Assembly (NCBI GenBank): GCA_964558715.1
Contig: CAZLFD010000003.1
Coordinates: 2,312 to 66,311, forward strand
Reading direction: 5' to 3'
From: an uncultured Candidatus Peribacteria bacterium
Lineage (GTDB): Bacteria; Patescibacteriota; Gracilibacteria; CAIRYL01; GCA-016699755
DNA: 64,000 nt
The translations under genes and the position numbers were made by a program. Below, in pieces: positions 19,701 to 30,466 of this stretch; within the stretch, counting starts at the first letter, position 1, and every line of letters starts with the position of its first letter. The notes below the pieces were generated by a model, which had not been told where the DNA came from, ran no database searches, and saw nothing but the letters and a program-made list of their open reading frames with translations.

Positions 19701-21763
19701 ATGCGGTATGCATCGCTAATCAGAATGGGAAGTTCTCGCCCGGAGAGGAAGAAGATGTCGTACTGCTTATCAAACAGAATCAGATCAAGGCCGAACACCC
19801 GCTGACCGAAAGCTACTGTTTTGATTCGAGAAAGCTGAAAAATGGTGCTTCACTCATCCGCAGCGATCATGAAACCGGTTATGCTAATCAAGATTATTTC
19901 GCCAGTACCGAAAACACACCTGGCAGCAAAAATCCTGCACCACCTCAGCGCGCCGATGATGTAGTGTTGCAGATGAAAAAAGTGACGCGGATCTCTCCTG
20001 AAACAGTGATTGTAGAGATTAAAAATAGTAGCGGCAGAGCAATCAAAACAGAAGGTTTTGCACTCAATATCAACGAGCAAGACGTAGTACCGCTTCCAGA
20101 TGTGCGCCTTTTCCATCAAAAGTCAGTTTTTGTGACAATCGATGTGGAAGCGGTTTCGCCACTTACAACAGTGCACTTGGTTGATCATTGGAACGCGATG
20201 GGAGCTGAATGGAATGGTGAAATAAGCAAAGTAAGTGAGGGAGAAACGGGCCTAGTGATTTCCGAGATTCTGGCAGACCCAAACGGCGCCGATTCGGGGA
20301 ATGAATTTATTGAACTTCAATGTGTAGTAGAGAGCTGCGAAGCAAATACCTTTGCTCTGAGTATCGGTGATGAAGTAATGCTTATTCCGCAAAGCACCTT
20401 AAAAGAAAGTGAGTTTGAACTTATTCGCGATGCAACCGTGAGAAATTCGGAATTACACGTAAAAGTGATCGATTTTGCTCAAAGCACTCATCAAATCATC
20501 AGTCTTTTCAGTACTGAAACAGGTGAAAGCTATGCGCTATCGAATGAAGAGTATTATTGGACCTCATATATGACACCACTGGCACCAAATATGATTGTGA
20601 CGGATTACGGATCAAATGATTCAGACAGCGACGGTATCCCTGATCAGACTGAAATCGCGCTCGAACTTGACCCGAGCAGCTCCGATGCAAAAAATCCTAT
20701 CGCCATGCGCCTGTACAATGCTCATCTCCGAGAGATGACGAATATCAGCGTCGCAGAAGATGCCGACTCTATTCACATTACCGGCAGTACGATTCCCAAC
20801 ATGAAGGGTAAGTTAGTGCTTCACTCCAGACAGCACGTGTACGACATTGTGGCCGATGCCGATGGAAATTTTTCGCTCGATATAACTCCAGATATCGCAC
20901 CTGGCGAGCACACCATCGACTTGCTCTTCGAGCAACCAAATAGGCGTTTTGTTACCCTTTCTGCGCTGCAGACATTTGAGGTTTCACGTAATCCGCAGCA
21001 AGATTGGCTAACCGATATCAGCATCTATCGCTCGCTGCCAAACCCTGAAGGCAAAGATAGTAAACGCGAATACGTGATTTTAGAAAATCCTACTGATTCC
21101 GCTGGCTGGCTGAAAGGAGCGACGATTTCGAACGGAAAATCATTAAAGATTCTTCCCGACACTTTTTTTACGCCACATCAGCGCAAAGTATTTTTGGCGA
21201 AAGATCTGCCGAGCTTAAAAAACAAAAACGGAGAGTTGGTTTTGTCGGATGATCAAGGAAAAGAGTTCGACCGATTAGCATGGAAGAATGCCAAAAGCGG
21301 GCAACTGTATTGGGAGGGGATGCCGCCATTGCTCACCAGGGCGATAGCCAACAAGGCAAAGAAATCGGGCGCTGCACGTTCGCGTTACCCAATCATGCAT
21401 GGGCCGGAATATGTGGAACAAGCAGTCGAAAAAGACAATCTGCGCTTTTTGGGGATTACAGAAAACATGCTTCAGGTAAGCAATACACAAGGATCAGTGA
21501 CGTTTTATCCGCTGAGCGAAAATCTATCGGCAGCCTTTCTGCAAAGTTCGCTGCAGCAAAACGACCGTGTTTCAATCATAATCGTTGGGAATACCGTGCA
21601 AGCGGTGCGCAAACTTCCGCCAAAGATGATCGGTGCGCCTCCAGTTTCTAATTTTTATCGAGGATCGATATTTCTGCTACTTTTAGCCGGAGTATTAGGA
21701 ATCGCCGCTGTGGGAACTACGAGAAAAATATCAGCAAAGAAGTGTGTCCAATCTGAAACCTAG
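16733..21763 (+). CDS. Giant (1676 aa) surface protein built from repeated lamin-tail domains (LTD), with acidic and Pro/Thr/Ser linkers and a C-terminal TM anchor
   Basis: Signal peptide, then at least 5 canonical LTD units, each with I(S/N)EI..NP...EW(I/V)EL...L.G(Y/F/C)...D......(Y/F)T....(W)(S/G)NKLNNTGDS. About 3 more divergent LTD-like units follow. There is a DSDSDGIPDQTE calcium-binding-like motif and a C-terminal hydrophobic helix IFLLLLAGVLGIAAVG followed by basic residues. The start overlaps the upstream stop (ATGA at 16733-16736). Confidence 0.85.
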   Translation: MKQGAKRVIVGLMILSLVIGYIPHPANAAEHTIIEISEIYGNANSGEQEWIELHSLSTMEINLAGYTLSDNIGVIYTIPTDTVLKANEYLVIQGWSNKLNNTGDSAILANTNSEVVAAEYNFPAIDKNTSWYPKYQRADVPTPGLAHPNDEASGETEDDGESTENDESGDTSEEGTSDEEQQGDTEENEENTDDTEENDERSNDEEAGENDRQDTENESEKGDEEGRESSPYATIGEILISEIVSNPEAGGNEWVELESASDRELDLAGYIFADAIGEFYTLPQTSIIQPGDRIVFFGWGNKLNNTGDSLYLKLPDGSIVDEVIDFPKLDKGESWLPSVNAKGIPTPEEENILLENEQSPSPTPESTPSPTVNPTPEPTITISPLPSPSSVPSSSPSPPNPFPLVTPTPSASPQPTDAPTPLPSPSPELLPLPEIGDVLLSEIMSNPTSDEEEWVELVSTSTNSFSLDGCTLEDAVGEIYTLTTTERIEAEEYLVVSGWGNKLNNTGDSLTLRLPDGTVLDTVVNFPALEKGTTWLPQTNQLGIPSRGQKNTPLPVATPTPTPEAEEPEPSSEPAPSEPLAPTPAPGEVLINEIMSNPLEGDEWIELISKAENELSLNGFEFHDATGGFFTFDSEAVIAPTEFLVVSGWSDKLNNTGDSLALISAEGSVIDGFIEIPAMDKGESWSTDFAAATTPSPREENIPRETPDEENDEGGEEDENRKSEDSEESLLASDSVIINEVFPSPSGGADEWVEFFVTGQVDIDVSGFTLSDEQGVIYTFPERTVLHPSQFFIATGWTGKLNNSGDSVILQTPSGSTITEITYLSIPSDASWGFDGNAYRRTATSTAGSENVFPSSTGGGGGGSSSASSSKSPLPTLLKTSAKVKSLAIDKYDIQISEVVFSGEEDFIELYCAECDADLAGLRVADDKAVFEFPPESTVATGEYVVIHFADAPEDARHAKGVWHFWANKKGLTATDETIFIIDSRGQVEDAVCIANQNGKFSPGEEEDVVLLIKQNQIKAEHPLTESYCFDSRKLKNGASLIRSDHETGYANQDYFASTENTPGSKNPAPPQRADDVVLQMKKVTRISPETVIVEIKNSSGRAIKTEGFALNINEQDVVPLPDVRLFHQKSVFVTIDVEAVSPLTTVHLVDHWNAMGAEWNGEISKVSEGETGLVISEILADPNGADSGNEFIELQCVVESCEANTFALSIGDEVMLIPQSTLKESEFELIRDATVRNSELHVKVIDFAQSTHQIISLFSTETGESYALSNEEYYWTSYMTPLAPNMIVTDYGSNDSDSDGIPDQTEIALELDPSSSDAKNPIAMRLYNAHLREMTNISVAEDADSIHITGSTIPNMKGKLVLHSRQHVYDIVADADGNFSLDITPDIAPGEHTIDLLFEQPNRRFVTLSALQTFEVSRNPQQDWLTDISIYRSLPNPEGKDSKREYVILENPTDSAGWLKGATISNGKSLKILPDTFFTPHQRKVFLAKDLPSLKNKNGELVLSDDQGKEFDRLAWKNAKSGQLYWEGMPPLLTRAIANKAKKSGAARSRYPIMHGPEYVEQAVEKDNLRFLGITENMLQVSNTQGSVTFYPLSENLSAAFLQSSLQQNDRVSIIIVGNTVQAVRKLPPKMIGAPPVSNFYRGSIFLLLLAGVLGIAAVGTTRKISAKKCVQSET
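16820..19260 (+). repeat. Five tandem LTD-coding modules separated by low-complexity linker-coding DNA
   Basis: The NKLNN(T/S)GDS-coding segment recurs near 17024, 17636, 18236, 18686 and 19132. Linkers are a D/E-rich one (about 17190-17420), a P/S/T-rich one (about 17800-18040), a P/E-rich one and a D/E-rich one. Confidence 0.85.
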
Positions 21764-21805
21764 ACTATGCGATGTACTCCTTGCAATTTGCAACTTGTAA
21801 TCCTC

Positions 21806-21834
21806 TTGACCAACGAGCCCAATTCTGGAAAAAT
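21806..21834 (+). promoter_or_regulatory. Candidate sigma-70-type promoter for tRNA-Leu
   Basis: TTGACC (21806-21811), a 17-nt spacer ending in TGg, then AAAAAT (21829-21834), about 25 nt upstream of the tRNA. By-eye match only. Confidence 0.3.
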
Positions 21835-21858
21835 CTTTCAGCAATAGTGGCGTCACTC

Positions 21859-21945
21859 GCCGAGGTGGCGAAATTGGTAGACGCGCGAGACTCAAAATCT
21901 CGTTCCCCTCGGGGAGTGAGGGTTCGATTCCCTCCCTCGGCACCA
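21859..21945 (+). tRNA. tRNA-Leu (anticodon CAA), long variable arm, CCA encoded
   Basis: Acceptor GCCGAGG/CCTCGGC, anticodon stem-loop CGAGA-CTCAAAA-TCTCG, variable arm TTCCCCTCGGGGAGTG, T arm GAGGG-TTCGATT-CCCTC, then ACCA. Confidence 0.95.
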
Positions 21946-21982
21946 CGAGTTTCCTGACTGATTTTTCTTTCATTTTCCGAAA

Positions 21983-22612
21983 ATGCATCCTGTAATTGCC
22001 GCCCAACCATACAAGCAAGGCACCGCAAAAAGTGTCCGTCAAGAGGGCAAAGTTCCTGCCGTTATGTATAGCGAGGGCAAAGAGACAAGTAATATCGCCA
22101 TCGATATGCAAGAGTTCCGTCGTGCCTTTCGCACTGCCGGAAAAGCAACTCTTGTCGAAATCGATTTTGAAGGCAAAAAGACTCCGGCCTTGATCCATGT
22201 TATCGACACTCACCCTGTTTCTGGCGACCCGGTGCATATCGACTTCTTTGCGGTAAATATGAACAAAGAAGTGAACGCTGTTGTACCGGTTAAGTTTAAA
22301 GGTGTTTCTGATGCGGTAAAGTTACTTGGTGGAACGCTGACAGTGATGCATGACCGTATCCAGATCAACTGTCTGCCAAAACATTTGATCAGTTCTATCG
22401 ACGCAGACCTGAGTGTACTCAAAACCTTTCATGACCACATTAACGTAAGCGATTTGCCATTTCCGGCCGAGATTACTGTGACCGACGATGCTGACACCAT
22501 GGTCGCCAGTGTTGCTGCACCACGTAAAGCTGTTGAAGAGACCGCCGATGAAGAAATGGGTGAAGGCGGTGAAGAAGGCGAAGCAGGTGGCAAAGAAAAG
22601 ACCGAAGCGTAA
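21983..22612 (+). CDS. rplY: 50S ribosomal protein L25 / general stress protein Ctc
   Basis: RQEGKVPAVMYSEGKE...LVEIDFEGKKTPALIHVIDTHPVSGDPVHIDFFAV plus an acidic C-terminal tail; 209 aa. Confidence 0.9.
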   Translation: MHPVIAAQPYKQGTAKSVRQEGKVPAVMYSEGKETSNIAIDMQEFRRAFRTAGKATLVEIDFEGKKTPALIHVIDTHPVSGDPVHIDFFAVNMNKEVNAVVPVKFKGVSDAVKLLGGTLTVMHDRIQINCLPKHLISSIDADLSVLKTFHDHINVSDLPFPAEITVTDDADTMVASVAAPRKAVEETADEEMGEGGEEGEAGGKEKTEA

Positions 22613-22635
22613 TCAGATTCTCTCTTTTTGCTTGA

Positions 22636-23724
22636 ATGCCATTGCGCAAACTCTTGATTGCGATAGTACTTGTTTTACTGCTACTTGCTGCTCTGGGTGC
22701 AGGCGTGTTTTATTTGTCGCTCCACACCGAAGAAGGTGAGCTGCTTACCATGGAGACTGGGCGCAAAGCGCTATACTCACTGCTTTCTGGAAAAGAACAA
22801 GACCGCGTCGAAGATTCGCTCCGCCTGACCGGTGTGGGCGACCCACCGCCAATCACGACTTCATTCTTAACCGGGACGACCGTAAGTGATGCCGAAGCCG
22901 AAAAGTTTCTTGGTGTAATGATCGACCTAGCGCCCGCAGCCCGACCATTATTTCGAGGGCTAGATCAGGCTAAAGTGCTTTTCGAAATGCCTGCCGAGGG
23001 TGGGGTACCGCGCATATTGGCGATATTTTCTAGTCAAGACCTGCCCGAAGAAATCGGCCCCGTACGCAGTGCCCGCGATTATTTTGTCAAACTCGCCGAA
23101 AGCATTGCCGGTGGCTACGTACATGCCGGTGGTAGCCCCGATGCGCTCGAAATGCTCTACACCACACCGATGACGAACTACGACGAGTATGGTGATGGCT
23201 TTGTGCGCGACTCCAATCTCGCAAGACCACATAACTTGTTTATCACTCCGTCCGAGATCATAGAATCTGTACAACCATCAACGGCAAAGGAAGCGATTTT
23301 TCTCTACTCGCAAGCGCTTCCCACCGCTCCATTGGGTGAATCTGCCCAACGAGTAGATGTTGATATTTCGACCCGCCGACATGCCATCGCCTGGAACTAT
23401 GACGTAGACCAAAATTGCTATGTGCGCGAACAGCAACTGGAAGAAATGGCGTTTTGCCCTCAAAATGTGACAGTGCTCGCAACGGATATCGGTTTGGTTC
23501 CAGAAGATGATAAAGGTCGCCTTGATGCGCGCATAGTCGGTACTGGCGAGGGAATCCTCTTTCGCGAAGGGCTCGCGTACCGAGTTGCATGGCAACGTGA
23601 GGGCGGAGGAATGTTCCATTTTGTCGACCCTCAAACCGACACCGAAGTGCCACTGCTCCCTGGGCAGACTTTCTTTCAGGTTATCGATACAATCGAGAAA
23701 GTCGCTTTTTCTTCGCCGGGGTAA
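22636..23724 (+). CDS. DUF3048-domain membrane-anchored protein
   Basis: N-terminal TM helix. AEGGVPRILAIFSSQ....IGPVRSARDYF is the typical DUF3048 core. Confidence 0.78.
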   Translation: MPLRKLLIAIVLVLLLLAALGAGVFYLSLHTEEGELLTMETGRKALYSLLSGKEQDRVEDSLRLTGVGDPPPITTSFLTGTTVSDAEAEKFLGVMIDLAPAARPLFRGLDQAKVLFEMPAEGGVPRILAIFSSQDLPEEIGPVRSARDYFVKLAESIAGGYVHAGGSPDALEMLYTTPMTNYDEYGDGFVRDSNLARPHNLFITPSEIIESVQPSTAKEAIFLYSQALPTAPLGESAQRVDVDISTRRHAIAWNYDVDQNCYVREQQLEEMAFCPQNVTVLATDIGLVPEDDKGRLDARIVGTGEGILFREGLAYRVAWQREGGGMFHFVDPQTDTEVPLLPGQTFFQVIDTIEKVAFSSPG

Positions 23725-23794
23725 ATGGAATCACTTTCTCCTGCTGCCCTGAGCTTCCCGAATGGACAAGGAGAGATTACGCGGATTCGCGGTT

Positions 23795-23830
23795 CTTCCC
23801 CTCCTAGACAGGGGGAGTTGGAGGAGGTAG
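23795..23830 (+). repeat. Dispersed palindromic element, copy B
   Basis: CTTCCCCTCCtagacaGGGGGAGttGGAGGAGGTAG, between the DUF3048 gene and queA. Confidence 0.7.
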
Positions 23831-23861
23831 ATTTAGGAATAAATTACGTAGAAAATACAAC

Positions 23862-24896
23862 ATGCAACTCAATGATTTCGATTTCGAGCTTCCGCCGGAA
23901 CTCATCGCCCAAACCCCCACAAAAAGGCGCGAAGCCTCGCGCCTTTTGTGTGTCGATCGACAGACAAAAACACTTAAGCATAAGCAATTCAGCGATATTA
24001 CCGACACGTTCGCCAGCGGCGACATAATTGTCTTCAACCGCAGCAAAGTGATACCGGCACGGCTACAGCTAGAGGGAAAACGCGAGATTTTTTTGAGTGA
24101 ACCGATGACAGAACACACCTGGAAGTGCCTTGTGCGCCCTGGGAAAAAATTTCCCGTCGGCGCGCAAGTAGAGTTTGCCGACGGTTCAAAAGCCAAAGTA
24201 CAAGAGATTGCAGATGATGGACTGCGTGCTATTTCTTTTTCACCAGCGAGTGGCGACTTCTGGCAGTTTCTGCAAGCGAATGGGAGTACTCCGCTGCCAC
24301 CCTATATCAGCCGCCAAGCGGAAGAAGTTGATTCTGAGCGCTACCAGACCGTGTATGCAGAAACCTTAGGTTCGGTAGCCGCCCCGACCGCCGGCCTGCA
24401 CTTTACCGATGAGATTATCGAACTACTCAAAAAGAAGGGGGTGCAAATCGAATTCGTTACGTTGCATGTCGGCCTCGGTACATTTCTTCCGGTAAAGGCA
24501 GAAAATATCACGGAGCACCAGATGCATGCCGAAATCTTTGAGTTGGATGAGGCAACTGCCGAGCGCATCAATGCCGCCAAAGCGGCAGGGGGAAAAATTA
24601 CCGCTATCGGCAGCACAAGCCTGCGGGTGCTGGAATCTTGCGCGGATGCATCGGGAAAATTGCGAGCACAAAGCGGTAAAACGGACATCTTCATCTACCC
24701 GCCTGCGGAGTTTGCAGTAGTCGACCATTTCTTCACCAATTTCCACTTACCAAAAAGCACGCTGCTCATGTTGGTGGCTGCCTTTGTCAGCCCGGGCAAA
24801 ACAGATGGCGTGGAATTTGTGCAGGAGGTATACCAAACCGCAATACAAGAAAAATACCGCTTTTTCAGTTATGGCGATGCGACACTGTGGTGGTAA
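23862..24896 (+). CDS. queA: S-adenosylmethionine:tRNA ribosyltransferase-isomerase
   Basis: MQLNDFDFELPPELIAQTPTKRREASRLL..., TPLPPYI, VAAPTAGLHFT, YRFFSYGDA; 344 aa, full length. Confidence 0.95.
   Translation: MQLNDFDFELPPELIAQTPTKRREASRLLCVDRQTKTLKHKQFSDITDTFASGDIIVFNRSKVIPARLQLEGKREIFLSEPMTEHTWKCLVRPGKKFPVGAQVEFADGSKAKVQEIADDGLRAISFSPASGDFWQFLQANGSTPLPPYISRQAEEVDSERYQTVYAETLGSVAAPTAGLHFTDEIIELLKKKGVQIEFVTLHVGLGTFLPVKAENITEHQMHAEIFELDEATAERINAAKAAGGKITAIGSTSLRVLESCADASGKLRAQSGKTDIFIYPPAEFAVVDHFFTNFHLPKSTLLMLVAAFVSPGKTDGVEFVQEVYQTAIQEKYRFFSYGDATLWW
24482..24896 (+). repeat. Direct repeat copy 1 (3-prime 415 bp of queA)
   Basis: Matches 27149-27563 at a constant offset of 2667 bp. Mismatches seen at 24490/27157 and 24891/27558. 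Translations in three frames are identical between the copies. Confidence 0.9.
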
Positions 24897-25534
24897 CAAG
24901 TGACAGGTTGTAAATCACAAGTTGCAAGAATTACCTTGCTCACGGATACCTGATCAGATTTCCTGTTTGGGCTCGAAATGGTAATGGTTTAGAAAAACAG
25001 ACGCTGCCATAATAAAGTGTTCCGTTTCGAAGCAATAGTCTTCCTTTACCGAAGTTTGTTCAAGTGTTAATCAGGAAAAATATGAAGCGAGATATATCGG
25101 TGAAGAAAAAGAGTATTATCCATCTTCACCTACCAGATGGGTATCGATGTGAAAGATCCAATTGTATTCAGGATACTTCTAATCCATTCTTTTCGATGCA
25201 TCGACCACTGCACCGAGCCCATCCAGCACATTGCGCGTACTTATCGTAGACAGAAAGCCCTTCACGATTTTCAGACACTCTCCCAGAGTCTGGCCGGCCT
25301 CTACATGAACAGGGTATCATTAACGTTCGCGTGTATGCGATGTTTGCTGGCCGTATAATAACGTCGACAAGCGTTTCAGCAGCCGAAAATATGGGTGCAG
25401 TGAAGAAGCAAGGCGACTGCACGAAACCGCATAAACTTTGGCGATTTTTAACATAGCTATTGCTTATCTGCTTTTCTGGGAGGCCAGAATTGCTTCAACT
25501 GATTTCTCTGAATGAATACTTTGCTTTCATAATT

Positions 25535-26770
25535 TTAATGGCGCACATCAAACTTCGCCCTCTTCAAATACCAGCGCAAAGCCAATGGATGGAAGACGAG
25601 CGAGAAGAAAATAATCACAAAGGCCGCACACAGGAACATCTCACGATGCGGATAATCCTCGGGCAATAACAGCAAAAGTAAGATCGAAAACGCGCCTTTT
25701 AATCCCCCCAGATTCAGTACATGCTGCCAGCTCTGCGGCACTTGCTGCGAACGCGCATTCAGCAACAGACAGCCACCATACACCACAAAAGCCCGCGCCA
25801 TCAGCAGCGCAAGAGGAATGAGAACAATATACCATCCGATCGGAAAATGGTGCGCGCCGATACCCACTCCCAGCAAAAAGAACAAGATGCTGTTGAACAG
25901 AAAACTAAGGTATTTCCAAAAATCGTCGTACAGATGTGATTCACAATTTTTCAGTACGTTTTCGGTACTGCTAAAAGCAATAGCAGCGGCCAACACCGTA
26001 ACGACACCGGACACATGTAAAAAATGTTCGCCCACCACAAACGCCAGATAGGCGATGACCAAGGTGAAGGTGGTTTCCGTAAATTCGTTTTCATTCCAAT
26101 AATCAAGTACTTTCGCTGCCAGCCAACCAAGCAGAATCCCCAGCGGAATCGCGCCCGCGAGCGACCACACAAAATGTAATACCACTTCGCTCGCACTGAG
26201 CGATGACACGCCATTGAGCAAGGTCATGCTTAGAATGGAGAAGAGCACCAGCACGGTCGCATCGTTGAAAAGAGATTCACCCTCGATGAGCACTTTCAGT
26301 TTTTTGGGCACTTCAAAGCGAGTGAATATCGACCCTACCGACACCGGATCGGTGGCAGAGACGATTACGCCAAAAAGCAGGGCATGGATGAGACCTACCT
26401 GCAAAATAGGCATGGTAGTGGCACCAAGAATAATCGCGCTGACAATCATCCCGACAAAGGCAAAAAAGGCAATTGGCGCGGATTCGCTTTGCAGGCGGCG
26501 CAGGTCGATGCGCCGTGCGGAATCGAAGATCAGCACCGGCAAAAAGACAAAAAATACTACTTCAGGTAAGATTTTCAGCTCGGGCAATGGTGGAATAAAG
26601 TTCGTGCGCGTGAGCGAATACCCTACACCCAAGATTAAGATCCAAGTTTCTAACGGTAAGAGCCTGCCCTCAAAATAGTGCTTAAGCATTGAGATGACAA
26701 TGAAAAACAGGCATAAGCCGCCGATAAGTTGGATGAGAAGGATCTCCATTTTTGTATCATTAGTGTACAC
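25535..26770 (-). CDS. Na+/H+ (cation:proton) antiporter, CPA1/NhaP type
   Basis: 411 aa polytopic membrane protein with LFGVIVSATDPVSV and ESLFNDATVLVLF, the signature segments of Na_H_Exchanger proteins. Confidence 0.85.
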   Translation of the reverse strand: MYTNDTKMEILLIQLIGGLCLFFIVISMLKHYFEGRLLPLETWILILGVGYSLTRTNFIPPLPELKILPEVVFFVFLPVLIFDSARRIDLRRLQSESAPIAFFAFVGMIVSAIILGATTMPILQVGLIHALLFGVIVSATDPVSVGSIFTRFEVPKKLKVLIEGESLFNDATVLVLFSILSMTLLNGVSSLSASEVVLHFVWSLAGAIPLGILLGWLAAKVLDYWNENEFTETTFTLVIAYLAFVVGEHFLHVSGVVTVLAAAIAFSSTENVLKNCESHLYDDFWKYLSFLFNSILFFLLGVGIGAHHFPIGWYIVLIPLALLMARAFVVYGGCLLLNARSQQVPQSWQHVLNLGGLKGAFSILLLLLLPEDYPHREMFLCAAFVIIFFSLVFHPLALRWYLKRAKFDVRH

Positions 26771-27148
26771 AGAACATATTGATTGCGGTAGTAACTCAGG
26801 TAGCGAAAATTACTTTGCTCACGAGTTCCGGTTGAGGGCTACTGTCTTAAATGCGAATATAATTATACGAATGCTATCCTAACCAAATTCAATTTATAAT
26901 TGATTTACCTGCAATTGCATGTACCTTCCTTCTGAATCACTACCGCCTGAAATTCAGCATCATCCGCAAAATAGCGCTATCGGGCTGGTCATATTCCAGT
27001 AATGACACTGAAATAAGTGGACGATTTCATGAGCAAGATTGCGGACTTGCGCATTGGAAGCCAAGTAGACTGAACACTTGGGTCGAAACACATTGGCCCT
27101 TCGTCCCCGGTATCAAAACCGAGGAGCTTATGAAAAGTGGCATCCGGT

Positions 27149-27563
27149 ATTTCTTCTGGTAAAGGCAGAAAATATCACGGAGCACCAGATGCATGCCGAA
27201 ATCTTTGAGTTGGATGAGGCAACTGCCGAGCGCATCAATGCCGCCAAAGCGGCAGGGGGAAAAATTACCGCTATCGGCAGCACAAGCCTGCGGGTGCTGG
27301 AATCTTGCGCGGATGCATCGGGAAAATTGCGAGCACAAAGCGGTAAAACGGACATCTTCATCTACCCGCCTGCGGAGTTTGCAGTAGTCGACCATTTCTT
27401 CACCAATTTCCACTTACCAAAAAGCACGCTGCTCATGTTGGTGGCTGCCTTTGTCAGCCCGGGCAAAACAGATGGCGTGGAATTTGTGCAGGAGGTATAC
27501 CAAACCGCAATACAAGAAAAATACCGCTTTTTCAGTTATGGCGATGCGACACTGTGGCGGTAA
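27149..27563 (+). pseudogene. Truncated second copy of the queA 3-prime end (direct repeat copy 2)
   Basis: Encodes ...VKAENITEHQMHAEIFELDEAT...YRFFSYGDATLWR, identical to queA residues about 208-344 except the last codon (W to R). It lacks the N-terminal 60 percent of the gene. Confidence 0.9.
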
Positions 27564-27570
27564 TCTCGTA

Positions 27571-28122
27571 CTAGGGTCTTGGCATTGCGGCAGCCCCAAC
27601 AGCCCGGGTAGGCGACGGATCTGGTCCTGAAAAACTTGGGTAGAAATCTAGAATCTCGGGGAGAGTCACTTTTACAAGCTTTTTTAAGCGATTGGATAAT
27701 TGACTTTTGAGTATTAATGGGTGAAGAGTTTTGTCTGACAAGCGTAAATCACGCTCGATGGCATCACAAGCTACCACCAGTTTCTGGTTAACTTCGTTCA
27801 AGGTACGCCCAATCCTTATCTGGCTCCCTGGATTATGGTACGCATCTTCAAACTTTGGCATTGCGCAGTTTATGAATGTACGGAATATCTCCTCAACAAT
27901 TACCCTATGCTCCTCTGCCAAATCTGTCAGTTGTAATTGGTATTGCGGACTTCGATCAAGAATCGTATCAGCCCACCCCTGAACCTGAAAATCAATATAT
28001 TCTCTCAATGCCTCTACTGCCAATCTTGTACCCTTTGTGCATTTTGTAAACTGACCGGCAGCATTTCTGCAGCTTCTAAGCTGAGAGGGAGCGATTCTGA
28101 TGGGGGTGTTCCTCAATCTCAA
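27571..28122 (-). CDS. Hypothetical protein (183 aa, TTG start in the track)
   Basis: An ORF with ordinary amino-acid composition, co-directional with uvrB, ending 8 bp from the queA-prime stop. No motif recognised. Confidence 0.5.
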   Translation of the reverse strand: MRLRNTPIRIAPSQLRSCRNAAGQFTKCTKGTRLAVEALREYIDFQVQGWADTILDRSPQYQLQLTDLAEEHRVIVEEIFRTFINCAMPKFEDAYHNPGSQIRIGRTLNEVNQKLVVACDAIERDLRLSDKTLHPLILKSQLSNRLKKLVKVTLPEILDFYPSFSGPDPSPTRAVGAAAMPRP

Positions 28123-28203
28123 ATGTAACGCACGGCATACGCTCTGTCATTCTTTTTAAAAAAAAGTTGTATAATCTATAATAAGATACTGGTGTTTTAT
28201 CAA

Positions 28204-30443
<2,240 letters not shown>

Positions 30444-30466
30444 TCAAGATATGGCTGTGGTTATGG

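Noticed and set aside
21731-22237. Minus-strand ORFs 21731..22237 and 21765..22028, and plus-strand ORF 21772..21957
   Set aside because: They overlap the well-formed tRNA-Leu gene and the 5-prime end of rplY, and their sequences are not protein-like.
23725-24196. ORFs 23725..24027 (+) and 23804..24196 (-)
   Set aside because: They span the palindromic intergenic element and run out of frame or antisense through the start of queA, which has unmistakable QueA motifs.
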